Shown here: in pieces, positions 50,758 through 60,892 of the stretch
How the letters are laid out: each line of letters opens with the position of its first letter
Numbering within the stretch: position 1 is the stretch's first letter
Origin: Spirochaetia bacterium
Lineage (GTDB): Bacteria; Spirochaetota; Spirochaetia; UBA9216
Direction: 5' to 3'
Length of the DNA: 64,000 nucleotides
Assembly (NCBI GenBank): GCA_965140585.1
Contig: OZ223269.1
Span: forward strand, 1,056,001 to 1,120,000
Program-made: the position numbers and the translations under genes
Notes under the pieces: model-generated
What the model was told of the DNA's origin: nothing
The model's database searches: none
Seen by the model: only the letters and a program-made list of their open reading frames with translations

Positions 50758-51249
50758 TTACAGATGCTGACGGAATTCCCTCTCTATAGAACGTTTTTCA
50801 TCACGTTCTTTAATGGTATTTCTCTTGTCCTGCACATTCTTACCGCGGCAAAGTCCAAGCTCTATCTTTATTTTGCTGTTTTTAAGATAAACCTTAAGAG
50901 GAATGAGGGTAATTCCTTTCTCATCCACTTTTCGGGAAAGACGTTTAATTTCCTGTTTATGAGCAAGCAGTTTTCTGTTCCTGTCGGGATCATGATTATT
51001 TATATTTCCAAAATCATAGGGAGATATATGAAATGCAACCATCCACAGTTCAAGGTTCTTAACTATGCAGTAACTGTCGCTGAAAGAGAACTTACCATTT
51101 CGAAGCGACTTTACTTCTGTTCCCATTAATTCAATACCGCACTCAAGCCTGTCTTCAATTTCATAATTAAAACGGGCTTTTCGGTTATCGGCAAGAACTT
51201 TTATGCCTTCTGAGGTAAATTCATTTTTCTTGTTTTTCTTTGCTGCCAT
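50758..51249 (-). CDS. smpB: SsrA-binding protein
   Basis: NRKARFNY, GIELMGTEVKSLR, RKLLAHKQEI, DKRNTIKER. Confidence 0.97.
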   Translation of the reverse strand: MAAKKNKKNEFTSEGIKVLADNRKARFNYEIEDRLECGIELMGTEVKSLRNGKFSFSDSYCIVKNLELWMVAFHISPYDFGNINNHDPDRNRKLLAHKQEIKRLSRKVDEKGITLIPLKVYLKNSKIKIELGLCRGKNVQDKRNTIKERDEKRSIEREFRQHL

Positions 51250-51250
51250 T

Positions 51251-52804
51251 TTATTCTTTTACCAGTATCACTCTGAATCCGCTGAACTCTGTGCACCATG
51301 ATGGAGGCTGAGAACCTCTTGTGGATACTGTGACTGTATCGATCTTATTTGCCCAGCTACCGCCCCGTACAGATTTTTCAACCGCCTGGTAATTTTCAAT
51401 CGAAAGGGTATTTAAAGCAGGATCTCTTGATGATATCAGGTATCCGGCAGGTGAGTACCAGTTGTCACACCATTCCCAGAGATTTCCATGAATATCATAA
51501 ATACCACTTGAATTGGGAAAACGACCTGTTATAGAAAGAGCGGAGCCGGGTTCACTTTCGGCAAACACACCGGTATTCTGCTCTTCTGTTGCGGCAGCCC
51601 ATTCCCATTGAATCTCATCCGGAAGCCCGGCTGTATATCCGCTGAATGAAGCAGGTAGTTTTCCGGTCAGCCATGAGCAGAAAGCCTCTGCAGCATACCA
51701 TGAAATAAAATTAGCAGGTGAATCATCATATAAAGAATCGAACGTTTTAAGATAGTCTTCGTTTACCAGATTGTCTGAAATAAGAGCAGACAGATTATCA
51801 GCACTCCATTTCGGATTTTCGTTTAGAAACTGCCGGTATAAGCCTGCAGTCACCTCACGATCCATGATGAAAAAATCACCGACTGCAGCCGGAAATGGAA
51901 AATTGTTGCCATCGCTTCCCATAAGAAACTGACCGCCTGAAAGTCGTACAAATCTTATTCCGAACAGATTCACAGCCGAGGATGCGGCAGGATGATCATT
52001 GCTGAAATCTCTTAAAAAGCCGCTGTATTCTTCCTGAACTGCAGGAAACCAGTTAAGTCCTGACTCACGATCCTCATCAGAAAGCACACTGTACATCCAG
52101 AAAGGAATATTATCATATTCTCTTGCAAGTTCTGAAAAGAAAGGAAGAGTAGTAAATGATTCAGTAATAGCCTGATCGAAATCGACCTTATTCCCGCGTA
52201 TCTGTTCAAATATCATAACAGCATTAAAAAAGTCCTGAAGAAGATAGTCAGTATGAACAAACGACATTATGTTGTATAAAAAATCATACATTACTGCTTC
52301 GTTTGTATATCCGGTATCCTGAAGAGCCTTAAAAAAACTGCTTAAAACAGGCTCCGGCTGATAATTTTCATAATATGAATCAATCATTCCCCAGTTCGAA
52401 AATACTGTAAAAGTATGATTAAAAAATCCTTCCGGATCTGTAAGTTCAAGCTGTGCGCTGTATTCAACCTTTTTGGGTGCAAATAAGGAAGCAAAAAACC
52501 GGTTTCCGCTTTCCAGCGTTTCGTTATAAACTGAAAAATAATCACGCTCAATAACAAGCTCATGACTGCCTCCGGGAACAAAAACACGGCAGGGTGTTGC
52601 TCCCTGATATTGTCCGTCTATCATAACTCTTGCTCCTGAAGGAGCTGAACTGAATAAGTATACTGATCCCGGTTTGATTATTCCCGGAAGAAATAACAGA
52701 ATAAAGAGAATCAGTGCGAGAATAACTGCATAAAGTACAGTAAGATACTTTCCGGGATGAACGCCGAAAATTGGTTTAAGTTTAACTATGTCTTCCTCAA
52801 GCAT
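51251..52804 (-). CDS. PEGA + FGE-sulfatase (SUMF1/GldK-like) domain membrane protein
   Basis: SAPSGARVMIDG...GATP; EVT..Y..F, LPDEIQWEWAA, GIYDIHGNLWEWC, RGGSW, GFRV. Confidence 0.85.
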   Translation of the reverse strand: MLEEDIVKLKPIFGVHPGKYLTVLYAVILALILFILLFLPGIIKPGSVYLFSSAPSGARVMIDGQYQGATPCRVFVPGGSHELVIERDYFSVYNETLESGNRFFASLFAPKKVEYSAQLELTDPEGFFNHTFTVFSNWGMIDSYYENYQPEPVLSSFFKALQDTGYTNEAVMYDFLYNIMSFVHTDYLLQDFFNAVMIFEQIRGNKVDFDQAITESFTTLPFFSELAREYDNIPFWMYSVLSDEDRESGLNWFPAVQEEYSGFLRDFSNDHPAASSAVNLFGIRFVRLSGGQFLMGSDGNNFPFPAAVGDFFIMDREVTAGLYRQFLNENPKWSADNLSALISDNLVNEDYLKTFDSLYDDSPANFISWYAAEAFCSWLTGKLPASFSGYTAGLPDEIQWEWAAATEEQNTGVFAESEPGSALSITGRFPNSSGIYDIHGNLWEWCDNWYSPAGYLISSRDPALNTLSIENYQAVEKSVRGGSWANKIDTVTVSTRGSQPPSWCTEFSGFRVILVKE

Positions 52805-52862
52805 ACAATGAGATTATATTTATATGTCTCCCTTGTCAACGTTCAGGATAACATGATATTGT

Positions 52863-53855
52863 TTGCTCATGGCAACTTCAACCGATAGCTGGAATAACAG
52901 AGTACAGTCTGTAACCGAGAATCTGCTCTCAAAAAGACGGGAACGGATTCGTATAAAAAAAGAGAAGGCAAAGGCCAAGAATCCTGTTCTTGACTGGATA
53001 GAAGCTTTCATCTGGGCAGCTGTTGTTGTATTAATTATCAACCAGTATTTTTTTCAGGCTTACCAGATTCCGACCCCTTCTATGGTAGAAACCCTTAAAG
53101 TAAAAGACCGTATTTTTGTAAATAAACTTATCTACGGACCTGAACTTGTTCCCGGAAATTTCAAGGTTGACGGTTTTAGAAAACCTGCCAGAAACGAAGT
53201 TATTATTTTTGAAAGCCCGACATATCTCTCACGCGGACCGGTTTTTGATGTAGCCCAGAGAATTATCTATATGATTACATTCTCGCTTGTTGATATAGAC
53301 AAGGACCAGTACGGAAACCCCAAGGCTCACTTCCTGATCAAGCGTGCAATGGCACATGAAGGTGATTCTATTAAAATTGCTGACGGTGAAGTCCAGCTCA
53401 AGCCTGCAGGTTTCGATACATGGATGCCTGAAACAGACTTAAAGGAAATCACCGGAAAAACGTATCAGACAAGAAGGCTTATTAACGCAGATGAATATGA
53501 CGGCATAAGAGCCGCCGCTTTTATCGATGCTTATGATGATACCGGTATCCAGCCCAACAGTGTTGACAGCGAAATAGCTTCGGCATCGAATTCACAGTAT
53601 ACCGATATGTATTCCTGGAGCGGATACCGTTATCAGGCGCTTTACGAAGTTAATCCGCACCTTCATCAGTACGGCGGTGCATGGCGAAAAATAAGCACCG
53701 GATGGTTTATACCTGAAGGCTGGATTTTCCCTATGGGTGATAACAGAGATAATTCACGCGATGCAAGATACTTCGGACCAGTCAGCCTTGATAAAGTTCT
53801 TGGCAGGGCAATATTCAAGTACTGGCCTGCAGGACGTATCGGCGTAATTAGATAG
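52863..53855 (+). CDS. lepB: Signal peptidase I
   Basis: YQIPTPSMVETL, DRIFVNK, LIKR, MGDNRDNSRDAR; start probably ATG 52869. Confidence 0.92.
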   Translation: MLMATSTDSWNNRVQSVTENLLSKRRERIRIKKEKAKAKNPVLDWIEAFIWAAVVVLIINQYFFQAYQIPTPSMVETLKVKDRIFVNKLIYGPELVPGNFKVDGFRKPARNEVIIFESPTYLSRGPVFDVAQRIIYMITFSLVDIDKDQYGNPKAHFLIKRAMAHEGDSIKIADGEVQLKPAGFDTWMPETDLKEITGKTYQTRRLINADEYDGIRAAAFIDAYDDTGIQPNSVDSEIASASNSQYTDMYSWSGYRYQALYEVNPHLHQYGGAWRKISTGWFIPEGWIFPMGDNRDNSRDARYFGPVSLDKVLGRAIFKYWPAGRIGVIR

Positions 53856-53865
53856 GCAGGAGCAG

Positions 53866-54624
53866 TTGAGCTATAGAAGCAGAAAAGACAGGTATCGCAG
53901 TTCATCATACAGCGGATATCATAAGGCCGGAAATCACATTGTCAAACGGATTATTATATTTCTGCTAATCCTCTTTATCACCTTTGAAGCAATATCTTCA
54001 TTGTTTATTTCCACCTTTAAAATGGAATCCATATCAATGGAACCGACTATCAGTGCCGGTGACAATCTTATTGCAACTCCGGTGTTCTTTCATCCGGAAA
54101 TACCATTTACAGGAATTACCTTTCCAGGGATTAGAAACCCGAGACGGGGCGAAATAATTTTGTATAAACCTTCTTTTTATTCAGAGATGCCCTGGTACAT
54201 TAAAGTTCCGGACAGCATTATCAGATTTTTCACTATTCAGAAAAAAGGTTTTCCCGGTTATGAAGATACCTGGTCTAACAGCCTGATGATGAAACGTGTC
54301 ATTGGAATACCCGGTGATACAATTAAGTTTGAAAACAATGAAGTTCTTATAAAACCATCAGGTAAAAGTTACTTCTTTTCCGAAAAAGAAATTCTGCAGA
54401 CCGAATATACAATTACCAGATACCCGACTCCGGATAACTGGCCGGATAATTTTCCATTTGCCGGGAATATGGATGAAATCTCACTTGGTGAAGATCAGTA
54501 TCTTCTGCTTGGAGACAACAGATCGATGTCTAACGACTCATATTATCAGGGGCCGGTAGATAAAAAGAATATTGCAGCAAAGGTTATATTGAAATACGTA
54601 CCATCAATTGAAATTCCCCAATGA
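53866..54624 (+). CDS. lepB: Signal peptidase I, second tandem paralog
   Basis: SMEPTI, MKRVIGIPGD, LGDNRSMSNDS. Confidence 0.88.
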   Translation: MSYRSRKDRYRSSSYSGYHKAGNHIVKRIIIFLLILFITFEAISSLFISTFKMESISMEPTISAGDNLIATPVFFHPEIPFTGITFPGIRNPRRGEIILYKPSFYSEMPWYIKVPDSIIRFFTIQKKGFPGYEDTWSNSLMMKRVIGIPGDTIKFENNEVLIKPSGKSYFFSEKEILQTEYTITRYPTPDNWPDNFPFAGNMDEISLGEDQYLLLGDNRSMSNDSYYQGPVDKKNIAAKVILKYVPSIEIPQ

Positions 54625-55799
54625 GTTTTTCACTTTACTTTCATATTCCTTTTTGTCAAAAAAAATGTGACTACTGCGATTTTTATTCTGTTGATTGCAG
54701 AAGTACCGATACTTCGCAGATTAAAAAACTTACCGAGTTAATGCTTGATGAACTTTCAGCAAGGCTTGATATCATCCAACCGGAATGTATAGATTCAATA
54801 TTCATAGGCGGAGGAACACCGTCGTCTCTGCCCGATAAAATCTTCGAGAACTTTCTTTCCGGAATCAGCCGAAGAACGCATGGACTTGTCTCCGGTGACT
54901 GTGAATTTACAACCGAAGCAAATCCTGAAAGCTGCTCAGAGTCTTTCATGAAAATTTCATCAGACCATGGAGTCAACCGGCTCAGTCTTGGTGTTCAGAG
55001 TTTTGATGAAACGGTACTTAAACATATTGGTCGGGGTGTTTATCCCGAAGATGTATATACTGAGGTTGAACAGATCGGAACGTTCTGGAAGGGAAGGCTG
55101 TCACTTGATCTAATATCAGGAACCGGATTTAACATCCTTCATGATCTTCAAAAAGCCGTACAGCTTAAGCCTGCTCATCTTTCGGTTTATTCTCTTACCA
55201 TAGAAGAGGAAACTCCGCTTTCTAATAGAAAAATTAAAAATGACTTTATACCCGCTGATGAGGATAGTCAGCTGGAAAGCCTGAAACAAACTTATAATTT
55301 TCTTAAAACTAAGGGATACAACCGGTATGAAATATCAAATTACTGCAAACCGGGAATGGAATCGGTCCATAATTGTGCCTACTGGCGAATGCAGTCATAT
55401 GAGGGAATTGGTCCCGGAGCCTTTTCATCCGCTTACGATTCTATGAGAGCCTTCAGAAGAGCCAATCCTGCTGATATCCATAAATATCTTGAATGTAAAA
55501 GCGCAGAGGATTTACTGAATATTTCTGAAACAGAGCTTATCGACGGGATCGATTATATTTTTGAACACTACATGATGGGCTATCGGATGGATTCAGGTCC
55601 GGACAGGACGGTCTTTGAGTCCAGATTCGGAGTCCCGCCTTATTCTCTTATACCTGAGACACTTACAAGGTGGCGTAACTACGGCTATAAAATAGATAAA
55701 GAAGGCCGTATAGACTTCAATCTTTCATGTAATCTTAATTCTTTTCTTGCTGATATCTATTCCGAGCTGGAAGAATCTACATTTTTGAAAAAAAAGTAA
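54621..55799 (+). CDS. hemW: Radical SAM heme chaperone HemW (HemN-like)
   Basis: LYFHIPFCQKKCDYCDF, GGGTPS, EANPE, RLSLGVQSF, YEISNY. Confidence 0.88.
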   Translation: MSFSLYFHIPFCQKKCDYCDFYSVDCRSTDTSQIKKLTELMLDELSARLDIIQPECIDSIFIGGGTPSSLPDKIFENFLSGISRRTHGLVSGDCEFTTEANPESCSESFMKISSDHGVNRLSLGVQSFDETVLKHIGRGVYPEDVYTEVEQIGTFWKGRLSLDLISGTGFNILHDLQKAVQLKPAHLSVYSLTIEEETPLSNRKIKNDFIPADEDSQLESLKQTYNFLKTKGYNRYEISNYCKPGMESVHNCAYWRMQSYEGIGPGAFSSAYDSMRAFRRANPADIHKYLECKSAEDLLNISETELIDGIDYIFEHYMMGYRMDSGPDRTVFESRFGVPPYSLIPETLTRWRNYGYKIDKEGRIDFNLSCNLNSFLADIYSELEESTFLKKK

Positions 55800-55985
55800 A
55801 TTTTTTTCTTTACCGCATCAAAAGCTATATACTTAAGTCTTTGATGTATACTTAAAAATACTTTCTGTATTTTGAGGTATTCCGTCAAAAAAGCTTCAAG
55901 AGCAAATTTCGGTATCTTTTTACACTGTTGAGAAGGTCGTGACAAATCGTTATAACATAATAAAGAAATATACACAGGAGATGAA

Positions 55986-57269
55986 ATGTACTCTGCACTT
56001 GAAAAATACGATCCGCAGATGTTTGAACTCATTAAACAGGAAGAAGCACGCCAGAGCGGCGTACTCAGACTTATACCTTCTGAGAACTATGTATCTCAGG
56101 CAGTAAGAATGGCAACAGGCAGCTGTCTGACCAACAAATATTCTGAAGGCTATCCCGGGAAAAGATATTATGAAGGTCAGCAGATCACTGACCTGGTAGA
56201 GAATCTGGCAAGGGACCGTGCCACCAAGGTTTTTAAAGCAGATCATGCCAACGTTCAGCCTTACTCAGGCTCTGTTGCAAACCTCGGAGCCTATAATACT
56301 CTCATTAAACCCGGCCAGAAGATTATGGGACTTAACCTTAGTTCCGGCGGCCATCTGACTCACGGATCAAAGGTAAGTATAACCAGTAAATTTTTTGAGG
56401 CTGTTAACTACAGCGTTAAAGAAGACGGCTACCTTGATTATGATGAGATCAGGGATATGGCAATTAGAGAAAAACCTGATGTAATTGTATCAGGAACAAC
56501 TGCCTACCCCAGAGCCATTGATTTTGAAATCTTTGGAAATATCGCAAAAGAAGTGGGTGCTTTCCATGTCAGTGATATAGCCCACCTTTCAGGTCTTGTA
56601 GTTGCAGGTCTGCATAAATCTCCGGTTCCATACGCTGACATAGTTTCAACTACCACACACAAGACCCTTCGAGGACCAAGAGGCGGTATGCTTCTGTGTA
56701 AAGCAGAACATGCTGCAAAACTGGACAAGGCAATAATGCCCGGCCAGCAGGGCGGTCCGCATATGCATACGATAGCTGCAATAGCAGTTGCTCTTGCAGA
56801 GGCAGACACCCAGGAATTTATTCTCTATGCACAGCAGATTCTGAAAAACTCAAAGAGGCTCTCTGAAAAACTCATGGAAAAAGGTTTTGACCTTGTAACA
56901 GGCGGAACTGATAACCACATAATTCTGATTGACCTCAGAAAAAAGAATATCCCGGGCAGAGATTTTGCCAAGGCACTGGACAGAGCAAGAATAGTTGCCA
57001 ACTTTAACACTGTTCCGCATGATCCGGCACCTCCTACAAAACCGAACGGTCTGAGGATCGGTACTCCAGCTATTACAACCAGAGGAATGATGGAACCTGA
57101 AATGGATATTCTTGCAGGTCTTATCTCAAAAGTTGCTGACAATTTAGGCAATGAAGAAGTTATTTCCCAGGTCGGAAAAGAAGTTCTTGAATTAACTTCA
57201 AGATTTCCCGTTCCTGAACATTTTATAATTCCGAAAAAGAACGGCAACCCGCCGTTTGGTGCACTATAA
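55986..57269 (+). CDS. glyA: Serine hydroxymethyltransferase
   Basis: LIPSENY, NKYSEGYPGKRYY, GGHLTHG, TTTHKTLRGPRGG, LRIGTPAITTRG. Confidence 0.97.
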   Translation: MYSALEKYDPQMFELIKQEEARQSGVLRLIPSENYVSQAVRMATGSCLTNKYSEGYPGKRYYEGQQITDLVENLARDRATKVFKADHANVQPYSGSVANLGAYNTLIKPGQKIMGLNLSSGGHLTHGSKVSITSKFFEAVNYSVKEDGYLDYDEIRDMAIREKPDVIVSGTTAYPRAIDFEIFGNIAKEVGAFHVSDIAHLSGLVVAGLHKSPVPYADIVSTTTHKTLRGPRGGMLLCKAEHAAKLDKAIMPGQQGGPHMHTIAAIAVALAEADTQEFILYAQQILKNSKRLSEKLMEKGFDLVTGGTDNHIILIDLRKKNIPGRDFAKALDRARIVANFNTVPHDPAPPTKPNGLRIGTPAITTRGMMEPEMDILAGLISKVADNLGNEEVISQVGKEVLELTSRFPVPEHFIIPKKNGNPPFGAL

Positions 57270-57295
57270 GTATACCTTTATAAAATATGGAGATC

Positions 57296-57326
57296 GGGAC
57301 TGGCCTTATGGTCAGTCCCTTTTTTT
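57296..57326 (+). terminator. Intrinsic terminator after glyA
   Basis: GGGACTGGCC-ttat-GGTCAGTCCC followed by TTTTTTT. Confidence 0.8.
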
Positions 57327-58049
57327 CAGGTATTCGATCATCTGTTCGCAGAACTCTCCCAGATCGGAAAACCTTTTCCACGCAGACGAATCCAGCGGTG
57401 TTGCCATATCATTAACAATTATAATTCTTCCACCGGAGCGGACTGTCTGAACAGGGATCGAGGCGGCAGGCTGTACTGTAAGACTCGACCCCAGAACAAA
57501 CATTAAATCTGAACGCGCAGCCTCGGTAAAAGCCGTTTCTATTGCTCCTGCAGGAAGCTGTTCACCGAAAAAAGTAATATCAGGTTTAATTATTCCCCCG
57601 CAATCTGAACAGACGGGTAGTTTATCCTGCTGTACACTCAATGCAACTTTTTCATATGTGTAACTCTTACTGCAGGAGAGACAATGATGTATCGCAGGGG
57701 TTCCATGAACCTCTACAACCCCTGTATTGCCTGCTTTCTGGTGAAGCAGATCAATATTCTGTGTAATAACCCGTTTAAGAAGCCCCTTCTGCTCAAGCAT
57801 TGCCAGCATGCGGTGTACAATACCGGGATCTTTATCTTCAATATTGTAAATAAAATCTTTTGTCCGGCTATAGTAAAATGAGGGGTCCCTGTGAAAGTAG
57901 TCAATATCAAAAATCTTATCAGTATCAGGATCATTGTAAAGTCCGTTTTTGCCCCTGAAATCACGAATTCCTGAAAACGTAGAAACTCCGGCTCCAGTGA
58001 ATGCCGTACAGTAAATATCTTCCGACAGAAAATTAAATATTTCTTTCAT
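57312..58049 (-). CDS. cobB: NAD-dependent protein deacylase (sirtuin)
   Basis: FTGAGVSTFSGIRDFRG, ITQNID, HG...CLSC...CSDC, KPDITFFGE, GSSLTVQPA; start probably MKEIF at 58049. Confidence 0.9.
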   Translation of the reverse strand: MKEIFNFLSEDIYCTAFTGAGVSTFSGIRDFRGKNGLYNDPDTDKIFDIDYFHRDPSFYYSRTKDFIYNIEDKDPGIVHRMLAMLEQKGLLKRVITQNIDLLHQKAGNTGVVEVHGTPAIHHCLSCSKSYTYEKVALSVQQDKLPVCSDCGGIIKPDITFFGEQLPAGAIETAFTEAARSDLMFVLGSSLTVQPAASIPVQTVRSGGRIIIVNDMATPLDSSAWKRFSDLGEFCEQMIEYLKKRD

Positions 58050-58050
58050 A

Positions 58051-58533
58051 TTAAACACCGGCAGGGGATTCAAGAAAAACCTTATCGGGGTTTTCATTCT
58101 GACCTGTCATCATATCAGCTATTCGCTGTATTGAAGAAAGCAGCATATTCTGCTCCCAGGTCTGCAGTTTTTCATATCTGCCTATAAACGTTTCATCAAG
58201 AAGAGATGGCTCCTTTGAAATTATCTCATGAGCCTTTTCGGTTACTCTTACCATAACCCGTCGTTTATCATTGTCTGTTTTCATTCTGGACAGAATTTCC
58301 TTCTGTTCAAGCCTTTCAACAATATTTGTCACTGTAGCCTGACTTAGACTTATAATTTTTGCCAGCTTTCCTACGGAGATTTCACCTTCATCTGCAATGA
58401 CCTTGATAATTATCAGCTGTGGTCCGGTAAGTCCGTAGTGCTTAACAAGCTTCTTTGAATGAAGATCTGTACATCTTATTATTTGTCTGAGAGAAATTAG
58501 CATGTCATAGTAAACACTGTCATCGTTAAGCAT
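58051..58533 (-). CDS. MarR-family regulator (EctR/CosR-like)
   Basis: SLRQIIRCTDLHSKKLVKHYGLTGPQL, SLSQATVTNIVERLE, DKRRV, WEQNMLLSSIQRIADMM. Confidence 0.85.
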   Translation of the reverse strand: MLNDDSVYYDMLISLRQIIRCTDLHSKKLVKHYGLTGPQLIIIKVIADEGEISVGKLAKIISLSQATVTNIVERLEQKEILSRMKTDNDKRRVMVRVTEKAHEIISKEPSLLDETFIGRYEKLQTWEQNMLLSSIQRIADMMTGQNENPDKVFLESPAGV

Positions 58534-58779
58534 CTATATTCCTTTTCATAGAATTACTGATTTCAACACTATAAACCAAGCATTATTTCTAATCAAGTTT
58601 TTATTATTTACAACACTAAACACTTGAAAAAAGAAATATTATAAGTAAAATATTATTAAATGGTTACTTAATAAGTAAATACATATACTTCAAACAATGC
58701 AATTTCGATACGTCCTTTTAATATTCAATTAAATAGCTTTGAATTGTAATTAAAGATTTTTTTTATGGAGAATAAATTT

Positions 58780-58935
58780 ATGCATAACAATGAAACAGTA
58801 AAATTCAGCTGCCCTTCATGCGGTAAGGGCCTGAGAGTACCTAAGGAAAAAGCCGGCTTAAAAGGCCGCTGTCCTGCATGCGGAACACGAATCGATATTC
58901 CGTTTAAATCAAACCTTCGTGAGGATGAGGGCTGA
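58780..58935 (+). CDS. 51-aa zinc-ribbon protein (absent from the ORF track)
   Basis: MHNNETVKFSCPSCGKGLRVPKEKAGLKGRCPACGTRIDIPFKSNLREDEG*; GGAGA RBS at 58767-58771. Confidence 0.75.
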   Translation: MHNNETVKFSCPSCGKGLRVPKEKAGLKGRCPACGTRIDIPFKSNLREDEG

Positions 58936-58960
58936 TACTCAACATTGAGCGGCAACACTC

Positions 58961-58990
58961 TTGACACCAGATTTTTCGGTATGGTAACTT
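58961..58990 (+). promoter_or_regulatory. Putative sigma70 promoter for yebC-ruvCAB-queA
   Basis: TTGACA-18 nt-TAACTT with an upstream TG. Confidence 0.45.
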
Positions 58991-59035
58991 GTTCGAACAG
59001 CAATAATTAAATTACAATTATGCAAAGGAGATACC

Positions 59036-59782
59036 ATGTCAGGCCACAGTAAATGGCATACTATTAAACATAAAAAAGGTGCAGCAGACGCTAAACGAGG
59101 TAAAATTTTTACCAAGATTATCAAGGAAATTACTGTTGCAGCTAAAATGGGCGGCGGCGATATTGAAGCCAACCCCAGACTCAGGACAATAGTTCTTAAA
59201 GCCAAAGACGCCAATATGCCCAAGGATAACATTGAAAGGGCAATCAAGAAAGGAACAGGCGATCTTGACGGCGTAAGCTATACTGAGGGTATGTATGAAG
59301 GTTATGGTGTCGGAGGAGTTGCCATCATGGTTGAAACTCTCACAGACAACAAAAACCGTACAGCTGCCGATGTTAGAAGTATCTTTTCAAAGGCAGGCGG
59401 AAACCTGGGTGAAAACGGATGTGTTTCATACATGTTCAACCGTAAAGGTGTTATTACATTCAGTACAGAAAACTGCTCTGAAGATGAAATTTTCAACGCG
59501 GCTCTTGAAGCCGGTGCAGAAGATGTTGCTACTGATGAAGATGTAATCGAAGTAACAACTGATCCGGATGATTTTGAAGCTGTTGTTAATGCGCTTGAAA
59601 AAGCAGGTTTTAAAAGAGACAGTGCCGAAATTACAATGGTAGCTGATCAGACTATCACCCTTGATAATGAAAAAACCGGAAAAGTACTCAAACTCATTGA
59701 TAAGCTTGAAGACAATGACGATGTCCAGAATGTTTACTCGAACCTGGAAATCCCGGATGACTACGACCCAGATATAGAATAG
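59036..59782 (+). CDS. yebC: YebC/PmpR family protein
   Basis: [49 protein letters not shown]. Confidence 0.96.
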   Translation: MSGHSKWHTIKHKKGAADAKRGKIFTKIIKEITVAAKMGGGDIEANPRLRTIVLKAKDANMPKDNIERAIKKGTGDLDGVSYTEGMYEGYGVGGVAIMVETLTDNKNRTAADVRSIFSKAGGNLGENGCVSYMFNRKGVITFSTENCSEDEIFNAALEAGAEDVATDEDVIEVTTDPDDFEAVVNALEKAGFKRDSAEITMVADQTITLDNEKTGKVLKLIDKLEDNDDVQNVYSNLEIPDDYDPDIE

Positions 59783-60280
59783 ATGGTAAGAATCCTGGGG
59801 TTGGACCCCGGACTTGCTTCAACCGGATGGGGAGTTTTAGACGCTGACAGCAGCCGGTTTCAACCGGTTGCCTACGGCAGCATTGAAACAGACAAGTCGC
59901 TGTCCACCGGTAACAGACTGAAAATAATCCATGAAAAATGTGAAGAACTCATCAGAGATTTTAAGCCTGCCATCGCAGGAATAGAAAGCCTTTTCTTCGC
60001 GAAGAATGTGACAAGCGCCATTCCCGTAGCTCAGGCACGCGGAGTGCTCCTGCTGGTACTTGCCCAGAATAATATCTCCGCCTCAGAATTTACTCCTCAG
60101 CAGATCAAGCAGTCGCTGACGGGGAATGGACGAGCGGATAAAACTGCTGTTCAGGAAATGGTGAAGATGATTCTCGGTATGGAGGAAATTCCTCAGCCTG
60201 ATCATGCCGCGGATGCTTTAGCAGCGGCTGTCTGTGGTTTCAACGCCTACCTGATGGCTTCAAGGGGAGTTATTGCATGA
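59783..60280 (+). CDS. ruvC: Holliday junction resolvase
   Basis: ILGLDPG, IESLFF, QARGV, G.GRADK, DHAADALA. Confidence 0.96.
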   Translation: MVRILGLDPGLASTGWGVLDADSSRFQPVAYGSIETDKSLSTGNRLKIIHEKCEELIRDFKPAIAGIESLFFAKNVTSAIPVAQARGVLLLVLAQNNISASEFTPQQIKQSLTGNGRADKTAVQEMVKMILGMEEIPQPDHAADALAAAVCGFNAYLMASRGVIA

Positions 60281-60873
60281 TAAACAGTATAAGCGGAATA
60301 ATTACAGGCAAGGACGAATCTTCTGTTTTTATAGAAAACAGCGGAATCGAATGGCAGATTCTGATGCCCTTTAATTCCATCACAAAGATGCCTAAAACAG
60401 GAGAAGAAGCCCGTATACTTGTTTATCTTCATCATCGTGAAGATGTAATGCAGCTCTACGGCTTTTATGATAAACGTGAGCGTTCTCTGTTTTTTGATCT
60501 TCTGAAGGTGGGAGGCATAGGTCCTAAACAGGCTGTTCGTATACTTTCGGGAATAGAGGTTGATGCTTTTATCAGACAGCTTGATGAAAACGATGTTGAC
60601 GCTCTGACAAGGCTTCCTGGACTCGGTAAAAAAACCGCCCAGAAGATTGTACTCACCTTGAGAGGCAAATTAAGTCTTGATGAAGAGACTTCCTCATCCG
60701 GCAGCCATAGTGATATAATAAACGCACTTACAGACATGGGCTTTGACCGGAAGAAAGCAGAAACAGCGGTTAGAAAGGCAGCTGATGAACTTTCGGCTGC
60801 TTCCGACAACGGTGACGCCGCAGATTTTGAAAAAGATCTATTTAAAAAAGCCATTGTCATGCTCAGCAGCTGA
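60277..60873 (+). CDS. ruvA: Holliday junction branch migration protein A
   Basis: [36 protein letters not shown]. Confidence 0.95.
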   Translation: MINSISGIITGKDESSVFIENSGIEWQILMPFNSITKMPKTGEEARILVYLHHREDVMQLYGFYDKRERSLFFDLLKVGGIGPKQAVRILSGIEVDAFIRQLDENDVDALTRLPGLGKKTAQKIVLTLRGKLSLDEETSSSGSHSDIINALTDMGFDRKKAETAVRKAADELSAASDNGDAADFEKDLFKKAIVMLSS

Positions 60874-60892
60874 CTTTTATTGGGGACGTGTA

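Noticed and set aside
51251-52804. FGE-sulfatase/C-type-lectin-fold gene as a diversity-generating retroelement target
   Set aside because: No reverse transcriptase and no template repeat of its 3' end seen in the window; it sits in a housekeeping smpB-lepB context
55800-55985. Riboswitch (ZTP, THF or glycine) upstream of glyA
   Set aside because: GGTCGTGAC resembles the start of a ZTP aptamer, but the remaining conserved elements (e.g. CGCCTGGGCA) are absent
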